A DNA stretch of 64,000 nucleotides from Leptolyngbyales cyanobacterium. GTDB lineage: Bacteria > Cyanobacteriota > Cyanobacteriia > Leptolyngbyales > Leptolyngbyaceae. Made by a program: the position numbers and the translations under genes. The notes below the pieces were generated by a model. The model was not told the origin of the DNA. It made no database searches and saw only the letters and a program-made list of their open reading frames with translations. Numbering within the stretch: position 1 is the stretch's first letter; every line of letters begins with the position of its first letter. The DNA lies in NCBI GenBank assembly GCA_038227635.1, contig JBBRPT010000006.1, positions 1 through 64,000 on the forward strand, read 5' to 3'. Of the stretch, positions 1-9,620 are shown piece by piece.

Positions 1-100
1 GGGCGCGAGTCAGTTCTCGAACCGTTCGGATGCCTTGATTGCAGATTCGCTCCAACCACTGGCGCTCAGGCTTGGTTAGTGTAATTTCAACTCGCTTCAT
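1..100 (-). CDS. partial transposase N-terminus (IS630-like helix-turn-helix); continues beyond the window start
   Basis: A minus-strand ATG at 100..98 opens MKRVEITLTKPERQWLERICNQGIRTVRELTRA. The LT..ER..L....G....R..TRA pattern is typical of the IS630/Tc1-type transposase N-terminal HTH. Only 33 codons are visible. Confidence 0.35.
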   Translation of the reverse strand, partial: MKRVEITLTKPERQWLERICNQGIRTVRELTRA

Positions 101-195
101 TCCTCTTTATATGTTGCATTACTTTTGTCTCAGTATACTAGTATCTAAATGTCTTGTTGGTTGAGACACCCTTTACAGCGTACCAACCAGCATCG

Positions 196-1551
196 TTAAA
201 CCTCAACAGTCATCTTTGGTTCAGCAGCGACTCGCGTATTCTCTTCTCCAGGTTGCTGTCCTACTGCATCTCGGAGAGTAATCAGTCGAGCACCTCGATT
301 GCGAGTGAAATAATTCCACCCCCACTGAATCATCACAATCAGCTTGTTATCAAACTCGATCAAGTAGTAAATGTGAGCCACCACCCAAACAAACCAGGCA
401 ATGATTCCAGAAAAGCGGATAAACCCTAGATCAACAACTGCCGCATTTTGCCCAATCACTGCTAAGCTGCCCACCTCAAAATAAGAGAAAGCAGGCAGCA
501 CCTTTTCTTTAAAGCGCTTTTGGATCAGTTTTGCAACATATTCACCCTGCTGCATCGCTACTGGAGCCACTCCCGGTAAAGGCTTGTCAGTTTGGTGAGC
601 AAAGTGGGCTAAATCGCCAATCACAAAAATATTGGGATGGTTTGGCACACTTAAATTGGGTTCGACGATAACGCGCCCCGATCGATCCAGACTTGCTCCA
701 GTCTTTTTCGCCAACACCTCGCCCATGGCAGACGCTTTCACCCCAGCCGCCCAAAGAATCGTTCGAGACGGAATCTGCTCGACTCCGGTTTCACGCTCGA
801 TCGTGACGACATAATCTGCAATGTTGGTGACTTTCGTTTTAGTTTGCACTGTCACGCCGCGGGCGGTCAGCGTTTCTTCTGCTTTTGCAGACAGGTCAGG
901 CGAGTAAGGAGGCAGAACTCGATCGAGTCCTTCAAGCAGCAAAATTTGAGTCTCAGTCGTGTCGATGCTGCGGAAGTCTTCTTTGAGCGTCTTATATGCC
1001 AGTTCGGCGATCGCACCAGCCAACTCAACTCCAGTCGGACCGCCACCCACAATTACAAATGTCAACCAGGCTTTGCGCTTTTCGGGGTCTGTTTCCTTTT
1101 CGGCAGCTTCAAACGCCAAAAAGATGCGCCGACGCATTTCTAAAGCATCTTCGACAGTTTTTAACCCCGGTGCGTTGTCTTTCCAGTGCTCGTTGCCGAA
1201 ATAGTGATGGCTCACTCCTGTTGCTACGATCAGCGTGTCGTAGGGCAATTCTTGCTCTCGCAGCGTCACAACTTGGCGATCGGGGTCAATATCTGCAACC
1301 TCCTCCATCAACACGCTCGTATTTTTGCTGCGACTGAGAATTGAGCGCAACGGCGAGGAAATATCTGCTGGAGAGAGTGTCCCGGTTGCGACTTGATAGA
1401 GAAGGGGCTGAAACAGATGAAAATTGCGTTTGTCAACGAGGGTAACATCGACAGGAGCGTGGCGTAAGGCTTTTGCAGCATAGAGTCCACCAAATCCACC
1501 GCCAATGATTACGACCCGATGCTTAGGTGACTGTTCAGTTGAGTTATCCAT
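196..1551 (-). CDS. type II NADH:quinone oxidoreductase (NDH-2)
   Basis: 451-aa ORF. It has an N-terminal dinucleotide fold (VVIIGGGFGGLYAA), a second fold (FVIVGGGPTGVELAG), the GD motif (IFVIGDLA) and a C-terminal hydrophobic anchor. Confidence 0.9.
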   Translation of the reverse strand: MDNSTEQSPKHRVVIIGGGFGGLYAAKALRHAPVDVTLVDKRNFHLFQPLLYQVATGTLSPADISSPLRSILSRSKNTSVLMEEVADIDPDRQVVTLREQELPYDTLIVATGVSHHYFGNEHWKDNAPGLKTVEDALEMRRRIFLAFEAAEKETDPEKRKAWLTFVIVGGGPTGVELAGAIAELAYKTLKEDFRSIDTTETQILLLEGLDRVLPPYSPDLSAKAEETLTARGVTVQTKTKVTNIADYVVTIERETGVEQIPSRTILWAAGVKASAMGEVLAKKTGASLDRSGRVIVEPNLSVPNHPNIFVIGDLAHFAHQTDKPLPGVAPVAMQQGEYVAKLIQKRFKEKVLPAFSYFEVGSLAVIGQNAAVVDLGFIRFSGIIAWFVWVVAHIYYLIEFDNKLIVMIQWGWNYFTRNRGARLITLRDAVGQQPGEENTRVAAEPKMTVEV

Positions 1552-1906
1552 TAGTTATCTATGAAAGATGCTGAGCTGAGTGAGGGAATGGATCGAGATG
1601 AGCAGAAACCGATCGACAGGAGCCATTGACTAACCATACTTATTCCTACTAGTTTAGTCAGCCTTATCAGGGATCTAGTAGCTCTCGTTACGGGGATCAA
1701 AGAATTTCTTAGAAAATCTCGATCGCTAGACTTACATCAGTCATTTCTTGACTTATTGATGTTGAAATAATCATCGTGAAGGACGTGCCAGCGCAAAATA
1801 GTGTCTGCTTTAAACAATCTCTACGGAGGAATTTGATAGGGTTCTAGAGAGATTCAAAGGAATCTTTTGTAGCTCAAGGTTCTCAATCCTCTACCTAGAA
1901 AAAGTT

Positions 1907-2194
1907 ATGCAAAAATATGGCGTTCATCAAGAGGCTCCAACCAATGCTTGGATTATCCAAGTTTGGGTCTCATTCCTGCTTTCAGCCTCGGCAACTACGA
2001 TTGGCATTCTCAATCTTCCTGCAAACGACTGGGTTAAAGGCTATATGGGAATGGGGGTTCTGTTCTCGATCGGTTCAACCTTCAGCTTGGCAAAAACGAC
2101 CCGTGACGTTCATGAGTCAAAACGCCTAGTTTCAAGAGTTGATGAAGCTAAACTCGAAAAAATGCTGACCGAGCATGATCCCTTTAACAAGTAG
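1907..2194 (+). CDS. small two-helix inner-membrane protein (YiaA/YiaB-like)
   Basis: 95 aa with two hydrophobic helices (IIQVWVSFLLSASATTIGIL and GYMGMGVLFSIGSTFSLA) followed by a charged tail. The family assignment is by resemblance only. Confidence 0.45.
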   Translation: MQKYGVHQEAPTNAWIIQVWVSFLLSASATTIGILNLPANDWVKGYMGMGVLFSIGSTFSLAKTTRDVHESKRLVSRVDEAKLEKMLTEHDPFNK

Positions 2195-2306
2195 TGTCAG
2201 GAATTGAGCGCATAATCGTGAAGCCAAGAGAACGATCATCCACCGATCTCGTCTGATCCCAGCAATTGACTAGAATGATTCATGATAATTCCGTGATTTT
2301 TTACCT

Positions 2307-4595
2307 GTGCCCTCTCCCCGCATGACTCAGCCGCCCCTTCCGCCCCGCAAATCGCAGACCCTCTTGGGAAGCCTCACCCAAGCGGTGCAAACTCTGACCA
2401 AAATTAACTTCTCAAAGCTGCGGCTTAAGCCCAATGCGAGAGTGCCAGAGTTGTTGCTGCAAGAGGCAGATGCACCCACAGCAGACAAGTTTCCACTATT
2501 GGGCGATCGCTACTTGTTAGGGCGCAGTTCTAAATCCTGCGATATCGTAGTGCGAAATCCGGTGGTGAGTCAGGTGCACCTGTCGTTACATCGGCAGCGA
2601 CGGCACAGGCTCCTAGGGCTTTTGGGGCGAACTCGATTTGAGCTACGAGACGAAAACTCAACCAATGGCGTTTATCGCGGCAAGCGCAGACTCAAGTCAA
2701 CCACGCTCTATGATGGCGATGTGTTATCACTTGGTCCGCCAGAGTTAGCGGCGGCAGTGCGATTGCAATACGTTGATCCCCGCCCCTGGTACGTGCAAGC
2801 GATTCGATATGGGCTGTTTGGGATCAGTGGTGTGACTGCGTTAGCGGTGTTAGCTGTCGGGTTTGAGTGGCAGCGGTTTAGTGTTTATCCACTTCCGGTA
2901 TCGGTTCAAGGTCCGGTTGTGGTGTTTTCTAGAGAAGGGCAAACCCTTCGCACGCCACGCACCCAGACTCACGCCGAGTTGCCTCAGCTTAGAGACTTCT
3001 CACCCTATTTGCCCAGAGCGATTATGGCATCTGAAGACTCTCGCTATTATTGGCATCTTGGTGTAGACCCGATCGGGACGCTCCGCGCCCTAGTCGCTAA
3101 TATTCGGGGCGGTGCGATCCGCGAGGGAGGCAGCACAGTTACTCAGCAGCTGGCTCGAAATCTGCTCAGTGAATATGTCGGTCGTCAAGATTCGGCAGGT
3201 CGCAAGATTCGAGAAGCGATCGTGGCTCTGAAACTCGAAACCGTCTATAGCAAAGAGTTTTTGCTGCGAACGTATCTCAATCGGGTCTATTTAGGTAGTG
3301 GTATTTATGGCTTTGAAGACGCAGCACAGTTCTATTTCGCAAAATCTGCTAAAGAACTAAGCCTTTCAGAAGCCGCCACTCTAGTAGGCATTTTGCCTGC
3401 ACCCAACAGTTTTAACCCTGTACGAAACTATAAAGCCGCGATCGAATATCGCGATCGCGTGATTAGCCGCATGGCAGAGCAGGGTGCAGTCTCTCAAGAA
3501 GAAGCTCAACGCGCCCGTCGATCGCGGATTGACATCAGTCCTAAAGCACGGCAAGAACTGCAAAGCACGATCGCCCCTTACTACTACAGTCAGGTTTTTA
3601 ACGAGTTAGAAGACTTGTTGGGCAAACAGTTGGCTCAAGAAGGCAATTTCATTGTGCGAACCGGACTCGATAGCCAGATGCAGACTAAAGCTGAAACGAG
3701 TCTGCGAAGTGCGATCGCCAATAATGGAGCCAGTGCTGGATATTCTCAGGGATCGCTAGTGACGATCGATGCACCATCGGGCGAGATTCGCTCCATGGTC
3801 GGAGGCTATGATTATGAAGAAAGTGAGTTTAATCGCGCCACTCAGGCACACCGCCAACCCGGTTCGACCTTCAAAATTTTCACTTACACAGCGGCGATCG
3901 CTCAAGGCATTTCACCCAGCACTCCCTATTCTTGTGCCCCGTTAGACTGGAGCGGACAGTATTACGAGGGCTGTCACGCTGGCAGCGGCAGTCTGGATAT
4001 GTATAGCGGACTAGCCCGATCGGAGAATGTGATCGCGCTGAGAATTGCTCAAGAAGTTGGGTTGGGAAAGCTAGTCGAGACGGCTCAAAAGATGGGCATT
4101 CAATCAAAGTTGAACCCAGTGCCGGGGCTGGTTTTAGGACAAAGCGAAGTCACTCCTTTAGAGATGACAGGAGCGTTCTCGGTGCTGGCAAATCGCGGGG
4201 TTCGCACTCGTCCCCACACCATTAGCCGCATTTTAGATAGCAGTGACTGCCCCGATCGTAAAAATCTCGATACCTGTCGAGAGATTTATAACGCCCAGAA
4301 AGATGGGGATCAAAACCAAATTGTCCTTGAGCCAGGAGTAGCAGATACGATGACGGCTCTTCTTCAAGGAGTGGTGCAAAGCGGGACAGGAAGGAGTGCC
4401 TCTCTAGGATTGGGAGAAGCCGGAAAAACAGGAACCACAAACGACAACGTTGATTTATGGTTTATCGGTTATGTGCCTAGTCGATCATTGGTGACAGGCG
4501 TTTGGCTAGGCAATGATAACAATGCTCCTACAGGTGGAAATAGCGGACAAGCGGCTCAGCTTTGGGGCGATTATATGAAACAGATTGTGCGCTGA
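2307..4595 (+). CDS. FHA-domain-fused class A penicillin-binding protein (glycosyltransferase GT51 + transpeptidase)
   Basis: 762 aa. The N-terminus is FHA-like (YLLGRSSKSCDIVVRNPVVSQVHLSL...ENSTNGVYRGKRRL...GDVLSLG), followed by one TM helix. GT51 motifs are EDSRYYWHLGVDP and GGSTVTQQLARN; the transpeptidase motif is STFK. An alternative ATG start lies at 2322. Confidence 0.85.
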   Translation: MPSPRMTQPPLPPRKSQTLLGSLTQAVQTLTKINFSKLRLKPNARVPELLLQEADAPTADKFPLLGDRYLLGRSSKSCDIVVRNPVVSQVHLSLHRQRRHRLLGLLGRTRFELRDENSTNGVYRGKRRLKSTTLYDGDVLSLGPPELAAAVRLQYVDPRPWYVQAIRYGLFGISGVTALAVLAVGFEWQRFSVYPLPVSVQGPVVVFSREGQTLRTPRTQTHAELPQLRDFSPYLPRAIMASEDSRYYWHLGVDPIGTLRALVANIRGGAIREGGSTVTQQLARNLLSEYVGRQDSAGRKIREAIVALKLETVYSKEFLLRTYLNRVYLGSGIYGFEDAAQFYFAKSAKELSLSEAATLVGILPAPNSFNPVRNYKAAIEYRDRVISRMAEQGAVSQEEAQRARRSRIDISPKARQELQSTIAPYYYSQVFNELEDLLGKQLAQEGNFIVRTGLDSQMQTKAETSLRSAIANNGASAGYSQGSLVTIDAPSGEIRSMVGGYDYEESEFNRATQAHRQPGSTFKIFTYTAAIAQGISPSTPYSCAPLDWSGQYYEGCHAGSGSLDMYSGLARSENVIALRIAQEVGLGKLVETAQKMGIQSKLNPVPGLVLGQSEVTPLEMTGAFSVLANRGVRTRPHTISRILDSSDCPDRKNLDTCREIYNAQKDGDQNQIVLEPGVADTMTALLQGVVQSGTGRSASLGLGEAGKTGTTNDNVDLWFIGYVPSRSLVTGVWLGNDNNAPTGGNSGQAAQLWGDYMKQIVR

Positions 4596-4693
4596 TCAGC
4601 TCCCTTTCAAGATCAGATTTCCCTGACTTTATCCAATCGATTCACCCGAAAAAGTGATGTCTTTTCGTTAAGTTACCTCTATCTGAAAGTTAG

Positions 4694-4804
4694 TAACGCG
4701 ATGTGCGACTTTCCTAAAACACCCGCAAAGACTGCCCTCACCCAACCCCTCTCCTGTGGGAGAAGGGTTGGGGGTGAGGGTAAATTAATTGCACATCGCG
4801 TTTA
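4694..4804. repeat. MITE-like palindromic element, copy 1 (short form)
   Basis: Bounded by TAACGCGATGTGC and GCACATCGCGTT(T)A. The interior carries CCCTCACCC...CTCTCCTGTGGGAGAAGG...GGGTGAGGG nested palindromes. It is in inverse orientation relative to copies 2 and 3. Confidence 0.8.
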
Positions 4805-5163
4805 GTAGAGCGATGATTAAAGACGAACCTGAGGGTCATCACAAATAATACTTTGGGCGTTTTTTTGGACGGTTCACAAAAGTTAAAGAACTGACAGCGT
4901 CAAACTTGAGCTATTTTTCCAAAGTTGGCTCCTCACCTGCGTTAGGAAAAAGAGTCTACCCACAGCAAGGTAAGGGTTTAAGCTTTAGAATCTGCTCAAA
5001 TTTCAGCTAAAGTATTGTTATTAATATACTTAGCTGAGACGCACTGATAAATAACTGATGTTAACGTCTGTCTTGGGATAGATTGTGGAAAAACTTTCTA
5101 AAATCTTTAATAAATGCATAGCATCAACCGAGCAAACTGTCGTTTTTAGAAAACCAAAAGGTT

Positions 5164-5526
5164 ATGAATTATTGGGTGCAGATATCACAAATAAATTCAA
5201 TTCAGGCGCTGAGAGCAGCAGAGCAGGCTTCTCGGTCTACTGTCCCTTTCTCTAGACTGATTCCCCCTGAGCGAGTCGGCTTAGATGGAGACTATGATCA
5301 CAGTGGGTTATCAAAACGAGTGATGTCCGCTTTCCAAGAGCAGTTTGAAGTCAGTGAAATTGCTCAACTGCAAGTACTGCAACGAGGCAGAGTAATCATT
5401 TTTTTAGGTAGAGTTTCCAACTCGCAACTGTTAACTCGTCTAATCAATGTTGCGCTAGAAGTTCACGGTGCATCAACCGTAGAAACTCACGGTGTAATGG
5501 TTTTAGATGAAATGAAAATCAGCTAA
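5164..5526 (+). CDS. hypothetical protein (possibly BON-like)
   Basis: 120-aa ORF. The C-terminal half (VLQRGRVIIFLGRVSNSQLLTRLINVALEVHGASTVETH) resembles a BON-type beta-alpha-beta unit. Support is weak. Confidence 0.4.
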   Translation: MNYWVQISQINSIQALRAAEQASRSTVPFSRLIPPERVGLDGDYDHSGLSKRVMSAFQEQFEVSEIAQLQVLQRGRVIIFLGRVSNSQLLTRLINVALEVHGASTVETHGVMVLDEMKIS

Positions 5527-6011
5527 ACAATCTGACATTTAATACCATAGCTTTCTAACAAATTGCATGTCTCGTGATCGGTAATGTTGGTGTCGCTGAG
5601 TTCGAGGCTATAGAAATTTACGACATCGGCATCAAAGTAAGGTCCTGCGTGCCAGGTGTCTACTCCTAACTTAATGAAGCAGTTGCCGGGGATACGAAAC
5701 GCTTTCAAACTTTCTAAATCAGGATGATCGTTTGCCCCGATCGCTACTGCCATCAGCCATTCTTTTCCCTCAAGAGAGCCTAGACATTGAGTGCATTGTC
5801 GATGACGAGTGATGTGATGAAACATGCGACCTCGATCGTGCAATCGCATGATATAAAATCGAGGAATACCATTTTGAAGCTGTAGTTGAGCGTCGTGCTG
5901 ATCATAGGCTTTGCCGTCATCTGAAGCGCTGATTAATTGACCATACCGCTGGAATCCTTCAGGGGTAATCAGATCTGCTTGAAGCGATTGCAGGGAGTAA
6001 GTATCCGTCAT
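5523..6011 (-). CDS. ureidoglycolate lyase (AllA)-family protein
   Basis: 162 aa. By eye it aligns to the AllA pattern: PEGFQRYGQLI; TRHRQCTQCLGSLEGKEWLMAVA (compare ERHPLGTQAF..VVVA); HPDLESLKAFRIPG....VDTWH. Confidence 0.6.
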   Translation of the reverse strand: MTDTYSLQSLQADLITPEGFQRYGQLISASDDGKAYDQHDAQLQLQNGIPRFYIMRLHDRGRMFHHITRHRQCTQCLGSLEGKEWLMAVAIGANDHPDLESLKAFRIPGNCFIKLGVDTWHAGPYFDADVVNFYSLELSDTNITDHETCNLLESYGIKCQIV

Positions 6012-6095
6012 CAGAACCCGTCTCTAGGAAGACGTTGCTACAGCACCTTCTTTGTAGCATTGTTGGTGCTTCATGCGTCTAAAAGGACAGGTTTT

Positions 6096-6449
6096 ATGGC
6101 TAGCGTTCGTTCAGTTTTTAATCATCTTCGTCAAATCGTTGTTTCTACCTTGTTAATGGGTCTGCTGCTTTTCGCGATCGCCCCGGCAGCTCAAGCTGAG
6201 TATGCACCCGGTGCGCCTGAAAATCCTAGTGAAAAGCAAAAAACTCTCTACGAAGGCAAGCGCAATGTCGTCAACAGTCCAGGTGAACCTGCAAAAGCCA
6301 ATCTATCGACAAACGCTAATACATCGAGTGCATCAAGTCGAACTTCAGAGACAGTAAAGGCTAATGGTCAAGATCAGGCTGAAACTGCGATCGACAAATT
6401 GGTCAATAGAGTAGAAGCTACCTTTGACAACTTTAAGCAGCAGGATTAA
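6096..6449 (+). CDS. small secreted protein, unknown function
   Basis: The internal ATG at 6096 gives MASVRSVFNHLRQIVVSTLLMGLLLFAIAPAAQA/EY, a classic signal peptide with an AxA site. The upstream part of the track ORF overlaps the convergent gene and is unlikely to be coding. Confidence 0.55.
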   Translation: MASVRSVFNHLRQIVVSTLLMGLLLFAIAPAAQAEYAPGAPENPSEKQKTLYEGKRNVVNSPGEPAKANLSTNANTSSASSRTSETVKANGQDQAETAIDKLVNRVEATFDNFKQQD

Positions 6450-7099
6450 TGATGGACAGGGTGCTGACCGTAGAACGGAAGCACTTCTGACCAGTCGGAA
6501 CGGTGGTCTTGTTGCCATTGCAGGTGAGCAAGTTTAAGACTCGTAGTGACTTGCTCACCTTGCTCAGCTTTTGCCTCAATTAATTGGTAGGGCGTGTCCC
6601 AAGTTGAAAGAATCTGCTGCCACGCCTCATAGATGAGCACGGCATCCGGTAAAAGAGCGGTCAACCCAACTGAAGAATTTTGATAAATGGCAGCATATAG
6701 CTCTCCGCGCTGGGCGGGCATTTGAACAGCGATCGTGCCTTCATGCTCAGAGTGAGCGATCGCCGCCAAGCTTGACACCCCAAATAACGGAATCTGCAAT
6801 TGCTGCGCTAAAGTTCTCGCGGTTACGACTCCGATTCGCGTTCCGGTGAAGCCTCCAGGTCCGGTGGCGACAGCGATAAACGCCAGATCCGCCCAGGATT
6901 GAGGCTTTAAAAAATCGGATAGCGATGAGTGAAGATGGGTTGACAAATCGCGTCCTAATTTCCAGACTTGGTGGCGATCGTCGCCTGCAAAGTTATCGAT
7001 CGCTAAGCCTAAATCAGGACTGCTGGTGTGAAGGGCGATTCCGTAGGTTGATTCGAGATTCGACAATGGAGTTATTAACCTGACCGATTTGCCATTCAT
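6446..7099 (-). CDS. tsaB: tRNA t6A37 threonylcarbamoyltransferase complex subunit TsaB (YeaZ)
   Basis: 217 aa with ALHTSSPDLGLAI and VATGPGGFTGTRIGVVTARTLAQQLQIPLFGVSSL, the hallmark TsaB/YeaZ motifs. Confidence 0.85.
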   Translation of the reverse strand: MNGKSVRLITPLSNLESTYGIALHTSSPDLGLAIDNFAGDDRHQVWKLGRDLSTHLHSSLSDFLKPQSWADLAFIAVATGPGGFTGTRIGVVTARTLAQQLQIPLFGVSSLAAIAHSEHEGTIAVQMPAQRGELYAAIYQNSSVGLTALLPDAVLIYEAWQQILSTWDTPYQLIEAKAEQGEQVTTSLKLAHLQWQQDHRSDWSEVLPFYGQHPVHH

Positions 7100-7152
7100 T
7101 ATCTCATTAGAGCTGTCATTATTAGATGTTGCAATCTACGTTGTCAATTCTC

Positions 7153-8544
7153 TCAATTTGAGAAAGTGGCTTCTTTGATTTCACCCGACTTCCCAAACAC
7201 TAGATCGGGTGTTTGATTAGATGAAACCATTAACGATCCTGCATCTTGTGCCTGTAGAGTAATTTGCTGGTTCGCGCTCCAAGTTCGGCAATTTCCTTGA
7301 GGCAAGATACCTTGAAACACTTGGATTCCGTCTACTGTAATGGAAATTTGGGTTTGATTAATCATCAAAATTGAGATCTGAACAGGCGAGTGAGGGATTG
7401 CGACCCTGGCAGGTTGAGCCGAGGGTTTGACAAACTGTTTGAGCGTGCGAGACGGGGGAGCGATCGATCGAGACACACTCATCATAAAGACTGGCAGACT
7501 CAACACAATCAGCGCTGCTGGAAATGACCAATTACTAATTCTTAGCGATTGATGTGAAGCAGATCGCGTCGCCGACTTTGATGTGGATCTCAATGAGAGT
7601 ATGGGTGGCTGAGCATCAAAAGCGATCGTCGGAGTCCCTAAATTTTTAGCACTGTGCCAATGAGCGACACTTGGCGGAGACAAATCGACGAGGACTGACT
7701 CTGCCGATCGATAGCGTCGATTGGTCGCACTTTCTAAGAGTTTGTCCAAAACAGTTGCGAGGGCATTGCTGACGGGAGTGGTCACATAATCGCGCCAAAT
7801 CCACCGCCCTTCGGTGCCGTCAAACAAGTCAAACGGCGACATTTGCGTCAGGAGATGAATGCACGTCACGCCCAAACTATAGAGATCGCTCGAAAATAAT
7901 GCCTTGCCGCGAATCTGCTCTGGAGCCGTATATTCTGCGCTCCCGATCATCGTTCCTGTTTTGAGCAACGCCGTCCCAGTCGCAAATTTAGCAGCACCTA
8001 AATCGACCAAAACAAGGGTTCGATCGTCAGAGCGACGAATGATATTGGCAGGTTTTATATCGCGATGAATGACGTGATGAGCATGAATAAACTGCAAGAT
8101 GGGAAGCAGATTTCGTAACAGTTGACAAATCTGATCTTCAGTAAACGCGCCGCTCTGTGATTCTTTCTCTAACGTCTCTCCATCAATCCATTCTTGAATT
8201 AGATATTGCTGGCGATCGTGTTCTAAATAAGCCAGCAGCGTCGGAATTTGAGGGTGATGCCCTAACTGTTCTAACCGATGGGCTTCTTGCTGAAATAGCT
8301 GAGAGGCTGGTTTGAACAAAGTCGGATCTTGCTGTTGCGGAAAAAACTGTTTAACCACGCAGCGAGGTTTGAGAACCTCTGCCTCATTCACGGCAAGAAA
8401 CGTTCTACCAAACCCACCTTGAGCGATCGGACTCAACGCCAAGTATTGATTTTGCAGCCGCAACGTCGAGCCGCAGCAATGGCAAGCTTCAGCCCCATCA
8501 GAATTTTGCGGTTTGGCACAGGTGAAGTTTAGGCAATAACTCAT
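7153..8544 (-). CDS. Ser/Thr protein kinase with N-terminal 4-Cys zinc ribbon and C-terminal RodZ-C/DUF4115-like domain
   Basis: CLNFTCAKPQN...CHCCGS is followed by the kinase motifs GGFGRTFLA, HRDIKPANI, DLGAAK and SAEYTAPE. A TM helix (FPAALIVLSLPVFMM) comes next. The C-terminus (ISITVDGIQVFQGILPQGNCRTWSA..ITLQAQDAGSLMV) is DUF4115-like. Confidence 0.85.
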   Translation of the reverse strand: MSYCLNFTCAKPQNSDGAEACHCCGSTLRLQNQYLALSPIAQGGFGRTFLAVNEAEVLKPRCVVKQFFPQQQDPTLFKPASQLFQQEAHRLEQLGHHPQIPTLLAYLEHDRQQYLIQEWIDGETLEKESQSGAFTEDQICQLLRNLLPILQFIHAHHVIHRDIKPANIIRRSDDRTLVLVDLGAAKFATGTALLKTGTMIGSAEYTAPEQIRGKALFSSDLYSLGVTCIHLLTQMSPFDLFDGTEGRWIWRDYVTTPVSNALATVLDKLLESATNRRYRSAESVLVDLSPPSVAHWHSAKNLGTPTIAFDAQPPILSLRSTSKSATRSASHQSLRISNWSFPAALIVLSLPVFMMSVSRSIAPPSRTLKQFVKPSAQPARVAIPHSPVQISILMINQTQISITVDGIQVFQGILPQGNCRTWSANQQITLQAQDAGSLMVSSNQTPDLVFGKSGEIKEATFSN

Positions 8545-8575
8545 GGCAGCACCCGAAAGTTAAGAAGACGGGATG

Positions 8576-8719
8576 TAACGCGATGTGCAACTAATTTGCC
8601 CTCACCCCCAACCCCTCTCCTGCGGGAGAGGGGCGCTAGAAATCTTGTTCCCTTTCCTGCGGGAGAGGGCTAGGGTGAGGGCAGTCTTTGCGGGTGTTTT
8701 AGGAAAGTCGCACATCGCA
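8576..8719. repeat. MITE-like palindromic element, copy 2 (long form)
   Basis: TAACGCGATGTGCAAC...GTCGCACATCGC. Same family as 4694..4804 and 13565..13695. The track ORFs at 8585..8767 and 8602..8787 are translations of this element. Confidence 0.8.
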
Positions 8720-9033
8720 TGGATGTATCTAGATTCGTTTGGTGCGATCGCAATCCGTAGAGTTTGACGATCGACGCTCCGTTTCATCGTTTGCAGACAA
8801 GCTTTAGGCGGTTGAATGCAAGCGGCTTATGGGAATGGCACCGATCGATTGATCTAAAGATTACTCATATCAAGTTTTGCCTCATTAGAATAACTCACCT
8901 TGCTTCACTACCTACTCCTTACTTTCAAGCTCCTGTTCTCCGAATAAATCCTAGCCGCATAACCGTGAACTCAGGCAGCAAACAATCTTTGGCTCCTAAC
9001 TAACGATTAGTGACCGCCCGTTGCAGCGCATGA

Positions 9034-9597
9034 TTAGACATTGGGGTCATTGTCAGGATTGAGTTCCAACGTCATCAAGTGCTCATCGTAGAACTGTCCA
9101 TCTCGCGAAAATGTCTCCTGCTCAGTGCCGTAGATGCCGAAGCCGAGCGATTGATACAGGCGGATTGCTGCCACTTGTTGAGTCACGACGGTGAGGTTGA
9201 CTCTTCGGATGCCTGACGTGTTCGCTGCCCGACTCAACGCCTGTCGGACGATCGCTCTTCCGCAACCGCTGCGACGAAACGGAGGCATAACATAAAGTCC
9301 CCCAATATAAGCCCGGTGTTTCTCATTTTGAGCGGAATAGCGAGACAGCCGAACGATGCCGACGAGATGCTCATCCTGAAACGCTCCGAAGAAGCAACGG
9401 TCATCACTTTCCGCGAGTCTTGTGGCGGTCTCAGACAGGTTCGGTTCGTCTTCTGGAAGTGACCCAAACGCGGGCGGCTGTTCGTGAAGGGCACACAAAC
9501 GCACGACATGATATGCCTCTGCGTCGGCAGGAGCGAGTATGCGCACACTAAACGGCATAGTGCTGCGCTGAGGCTTGATGATTTGGTGATCGTCCAT
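9034..9597 (-). CDS. GNAT-family N-acetyltransferase
   Basis: 187 aa with an acetyl-CoA-binding segment (YVMPPFRRSGCGRAIVRQAL) and a GNAT-type beta-strand layout. An alternative start lies at 9558. Confidence 0.75.
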   Translation of the reverse strand: MDDHQIIKPQRSTMPFSVRILAPADAEAYHVVRLCALHEQPPAFGSLPEDEPNLSETATRLAESDDRCFFGAFQDEHLVGIVRLSRYSAQNEKHRAYIGGLYVMPPFRRSGCGRAIVRQALSRAANTSGIRRVNLTVVTQQVAAIRLYQSLGFGIYGTEQETFSRDGQFYDEHLMTLELNPDNDPNV

Positions 9598-9620
9598 AGA
9601 AAAAATGCAGCAATGCCTGA

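Noticed and set aside
8585-8787. Track ORFs 8585..8767 (+) and 8602..8787 (-), plus 13516..13725 (+), encoding PHPQPLSCGRGALEILFP-like peptides
   Set aside because: They lie entirely within copies of the palindromic MITE. The same 'protein' appears on both strands and at unrelated loci, so these are translation artefacts of a repeat.
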